DNA of 49,440 nucleotides from Limisphaerales bacterium (GTDB lineage Bacteria; Verrucomicrobiota; Verrucomicrobiia; Limisphaerales; SIBE01): NCBI GenBank assembly GCA_044225505.1, contig JBGAIN010000043.1, positions 1 to 49,440 of the forward strand, read 5' to 3'. Shown piece by piece: positions 46,891 to 49,440 of this stretch (position 1 is its first letter; each line of letters starts with the position of its first letter). The notes under the pieces were generated by a model. It saw only the letters and a program-made list of their open reading frames with translations, ran no database searches and was not told where the DNA came from. The position numbers and the translations under genes were made by a program.

Positions 46891-49440
46891 ATGAACACGC
46901 ACGCACAGCCGGCGATTCGGCGTCGGCTTCTTTCATACTCGCTTTGCACCATTGCGTCTTGGTGGCTTGCAACGACAGCCACCGCGGAACCTTCGACTAC
47001 CTTCATCGAGACTCCATCCGTGAGACTTCAACAACGAATTGATGAATTCATCCGGGCGGAGATGACGCAACAAGGGGTGCCAGGGGTTGCAGTCGCCATT
47101 GTGAATAAGGGACGGGTCACCGCGCAAGGATATGGCTATGCCAATCTCGAACACCAAGTCGCAGTCACCGATCAGACGATCTTTCAGTCGGGCTCCATCG
47201 GGAAAATGTTCACGGCAACGGCCGTCATGTTGCTGGTTGAAGAGGGCAAAATATCGCTTTCCGATTCGATCACCAAATTCTTCCCAGATGCGCCCGGCAG
47301 CTGGGGGCAGATCACCGTGCGGCACCTGCTCACCCACACTCACGGCCTTCCGGACTACACGAAGCTTCCGTTCGACTATCGGCAAGACTATAGCGAGGAG
47401 GAGCTCGCGCGCTTTGCTTATAAGCTGCCGTTGGACTTTCAGCCCGGGGCGCGCTTCAACTACAGCAGCACGGGCTACGTCTTGCTCGGCATCATCATTC
47501 ACAAAGTCTCCGGTCAGTTTTATGGGGACTTCCTCGCCGAGCGTGTGTTCAAGCCAGCGGGCATGGCGACGGCTCGAATCATTAGTGAGGCCGACATTGT
47601 CCCACACCGCGCCGCCGGTTACCAACTCGTGAAAGGCGAGCTCAAGAACCAGAATTGGGTAGCCCCAGTGCTCAACACAACCGCTGACGGGTCCATCTAT
47701 TGGTCCCTGCGCGATATGATCGCCTGGGCTGACGTTGTCAAACAACGCACTATTCTAATGCCCAACAGCTGGGAGCAGGTTCTTACCCCAGTGCGGCTCA
47801 ATAGTGGCAAGTCCCACCCGTACGGCATGGGCTGGGAGTTGGATCAACGCGACGGGAAAGCCCTGCAGCATCATGGCGGCTCCTGGCAGGGCTTCCGGAC
47901 CGAGTTTGCCCGATTCCAGGGCGATGATCTGGATATCGTTGTGCTGGCAAATCTCGCGCAGGCCGACCCAATGCGATTCGTAAATGGGATCGCCGCAATC
48001 ATCCATCCATCCCTGGTTGTAAAGACGCCGGTTCTGATTGACAGCGTCGGGGCTCCTGCCATTTCTGATCTGCCGGAGAGCGCTAAGCAGATTCATGCCA
48101 GTGCCATCCTCGTGGACGGCCACAACGATATTCTCAGTTACATGACCGATGCCGGTTACGATCTGGGCAAGAGTTCCGCCGGTCTGCTCCATACGGACCT
48201 GGCGCGCTTGAAGAAAGGCGGTGTTACGGCGCAATTCTTCTCCGTGTTCGTAGACCCGGCGAAATACGCCACCAACGGCGGCGCGGCCCGCGCTTTGAAA
48301 ATGATCGATGCGCTCTACCGGGCAGCCGCGACGCACTCAAACGATCTGCAACTGGCCACGTCTGTCGAGGACATCCGGCGCGCCAAGCGCGAAGGACGCC
48401 TTGCCACTCTGATGGGCATCGAAGGAGGGTACGCGATCGAGAATTCGCTCGAGGTGCTGCGCGCCTTTCATCGGTTGGGCGTTCGGTATATGACCCTCAC
48501 GCACACGGTGCCGACCGGTTGGGCTGGCGCGGCGACCAATGGTCCTGGAACGGGTCTGACCGCCTTCGGACGCGACGTGGTCCGCGAAATGAATCGGCTC
48601 GGTATGCTGGTGGACGTCTCCCACGTCTCAGACGCCACCATGAGTGATGTGCTCGATGAAGCTCGCGCACCCGTGATCGCATCCCATTCGTCGTGCCGTG
48701 CCCTTTGCGATTTGCCCCGCAACATCCCGGATGAGTTGCTCCGCCGGATTGGGACTAACCGCGGAGTCGTGATGTTGAACTTTTACAGCCGTTTCCTGGA
48801 TCCGAACTACAGCGGTCCTTACGCGAAGATTGAGTCTGAGTTGGACGGTGTCTGGGTGCGATATGGCACCAACGTCATGGCAGGCCGGGCGGAGGAGACC
48901 AGACTTTCGGCGGGCCTGCCGTCAGTGCCGCTGGCCCGGCTCGTGGATCACATTGATCATATTGTGCGTGTCGCGGGCATCGATCACGTCGGTCTCGGCT
49001 CGGATTTTGACGGAATGGAACGAACCCCGGTGGGACTGGAAGACGTCTCCTGCTATCCGAACCTGACGGCGGAACTGCTCCGTCGCGGCTACTCGACGAA
49101 CGACGTAAGAAAGGTCCTGGGCGAGAACTTTCTCCGTGTGCTTGCCGAAGCCGAACGAGTGGCTGGAAAAGCCGAGCGCCTGACCAGGGCCGAAAGTCCC
49201 CCTGAAGACGACTCGGTGTTAGCGTCGATCGGATGGGAAAGATCCAAGCACATGGTCCCCATGCGCGACGGGGTCAAGCTCTACACCGAAGTGCTGCGTC
49301 CTAAGAACACGCGAGAGCCATTGCCGCTTCTTTTGAAACGAACGCCCTACAACGCTAACCTCGCCGCGACGAATATCTGTTCGGCGCTAACCAACCAGTG
49401 GAAGGAATTGGCGGAGGACGGCTACATCTTCGTTAACCAG
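46891..49440 (+). CDS. Secreted triple fusion: beta-lactamase-family serine hydrolase + M19 membrane dipeptidase + CocE/NonD (S15) hydrolase; 3'-truncated by the window
   Basis: Hand-translated: 850 codons with no stop, absent from the ORF track. Signal peptide; FQSGSIGK, YSS, HHGG; DGHND, IEGG, DVSH, SHS, GSDFDG; VPMRDGVKLYT, RTPY, EDGYIFVNQ. Confidence 0.92.
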   Translation, partial: MNTHAQPAIRRRLLSYSLCTIASWWLATTATAEPSTTFIETPSVRLQQRIDEFIRAEMTQQGVPGVAVAIVNKGRVTAQGYGYANLEHQVAVTDQTIFQSGSIGKMFTATAVMLLVEEGKISLSDSITKFFPDAPGSWGQITVRHLLTHTHGLPDYTKLPFDYRQDYSEEELARFAYKLPLDFQPGARFNYSSTGYVLLGIIIHKVSGQFYGDFLAERVFKPAGMATARIISEADIVPHRAAGYQLVKGELKNQNWVAPVLNTTADGSIYWSLRDMIAWADVVKQRTILMPNSWEQVLTPVRLNSGKSHPYGMGWELDQRDGKALQHHGGSWQGFRTEFARFQGDDLDIVVLANLAQADPMRFVNGIAAIIHPSLVVKTPVLIDSVGAPAISDLPESAKQIHASAILVDGHNDILSYMTDAGYDLGKSSAGLLHTDLARLKKGGVTAQFFSVFVDPAKYATNGGAARALKMIDALYRAAATHSNDLQLATSVEDIRRAKREGRLATLMGIEGGYAIENSLEVLRAFHRLGVRYMTLTHTVPTGWAGAATNGPGTGLTAFGRDVVREMNRLGMLVDVSHVSDATMSDVLDEARAPVIASHSSCRALCDLPRNIPDELLRRIGTNRGVVMLNFYSRFLDPNYSGPYAKIESELDGVWVRYGTNVMAGRAEETRLSAGLPSVPLARLVDHIDHIVRVAGIDHVGLGSDFDGMERTPVGLEDVSCYPNLTAELLRRGYSTNDVRKVLGENFLRVLAEAERVAGKAERLTRAESPPEDDSVLASIGWERSKHMVPMRDGVKLYTEVLRPKNTREPLPLLLKRTPYNANLAATNICSALTNQWKELAEDGYIFVNQ

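Overview
GC-rich bacterial accessory region. The gene families and repeats (TIGR02999-type ECF sigma factors, TIGR03435, delta-60 and SBBP repeats, GTAGCCGCCG-type REP palindromes) point to Verrucomicrobiota, probably subdivision 3; this is an inference. The window is organised around three ECF sigma factor + membrane Ser/Thr kinase cassettes. Each has its own bipartite promoter-like motif, found in front of the kinase and again in front of downstream secreted-protein genes: ATAC-N15/16-TCGCAT (x2), TGATCGTT-N14-TCGCACT (x6) and TGACCC-N15-GGCGTT (x2). The best candidate for an undescribed system is the three-gene operon at 13837-19463 behind cassette 1. It encodes a Calx-beta protein, a 1063-aa signal-peptide protein whose C-terminal half resembles the channel and TcB-binding domain of Tc toxin A subunits, and a secreted phage tail-collar fibre protein. 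No TcB/TcC or phage genes are present in the window. Also present: a MacAB-like ABC exporter, CotH kinase, guanidine-III riboswitch + gdx, Tat-exported PvdN-like PLP enzyme, rhomboid with a toxin-like tail, sialate O-acetylesterase, M61 peptidase, a nucleotidyltransferase pair, a decayed 1.4-kb duplicate, and a beta-lactamase-M19 dipeptidase-CocE triple fusion running off the right end. All family calls come from visual motif recognition, not database searches.
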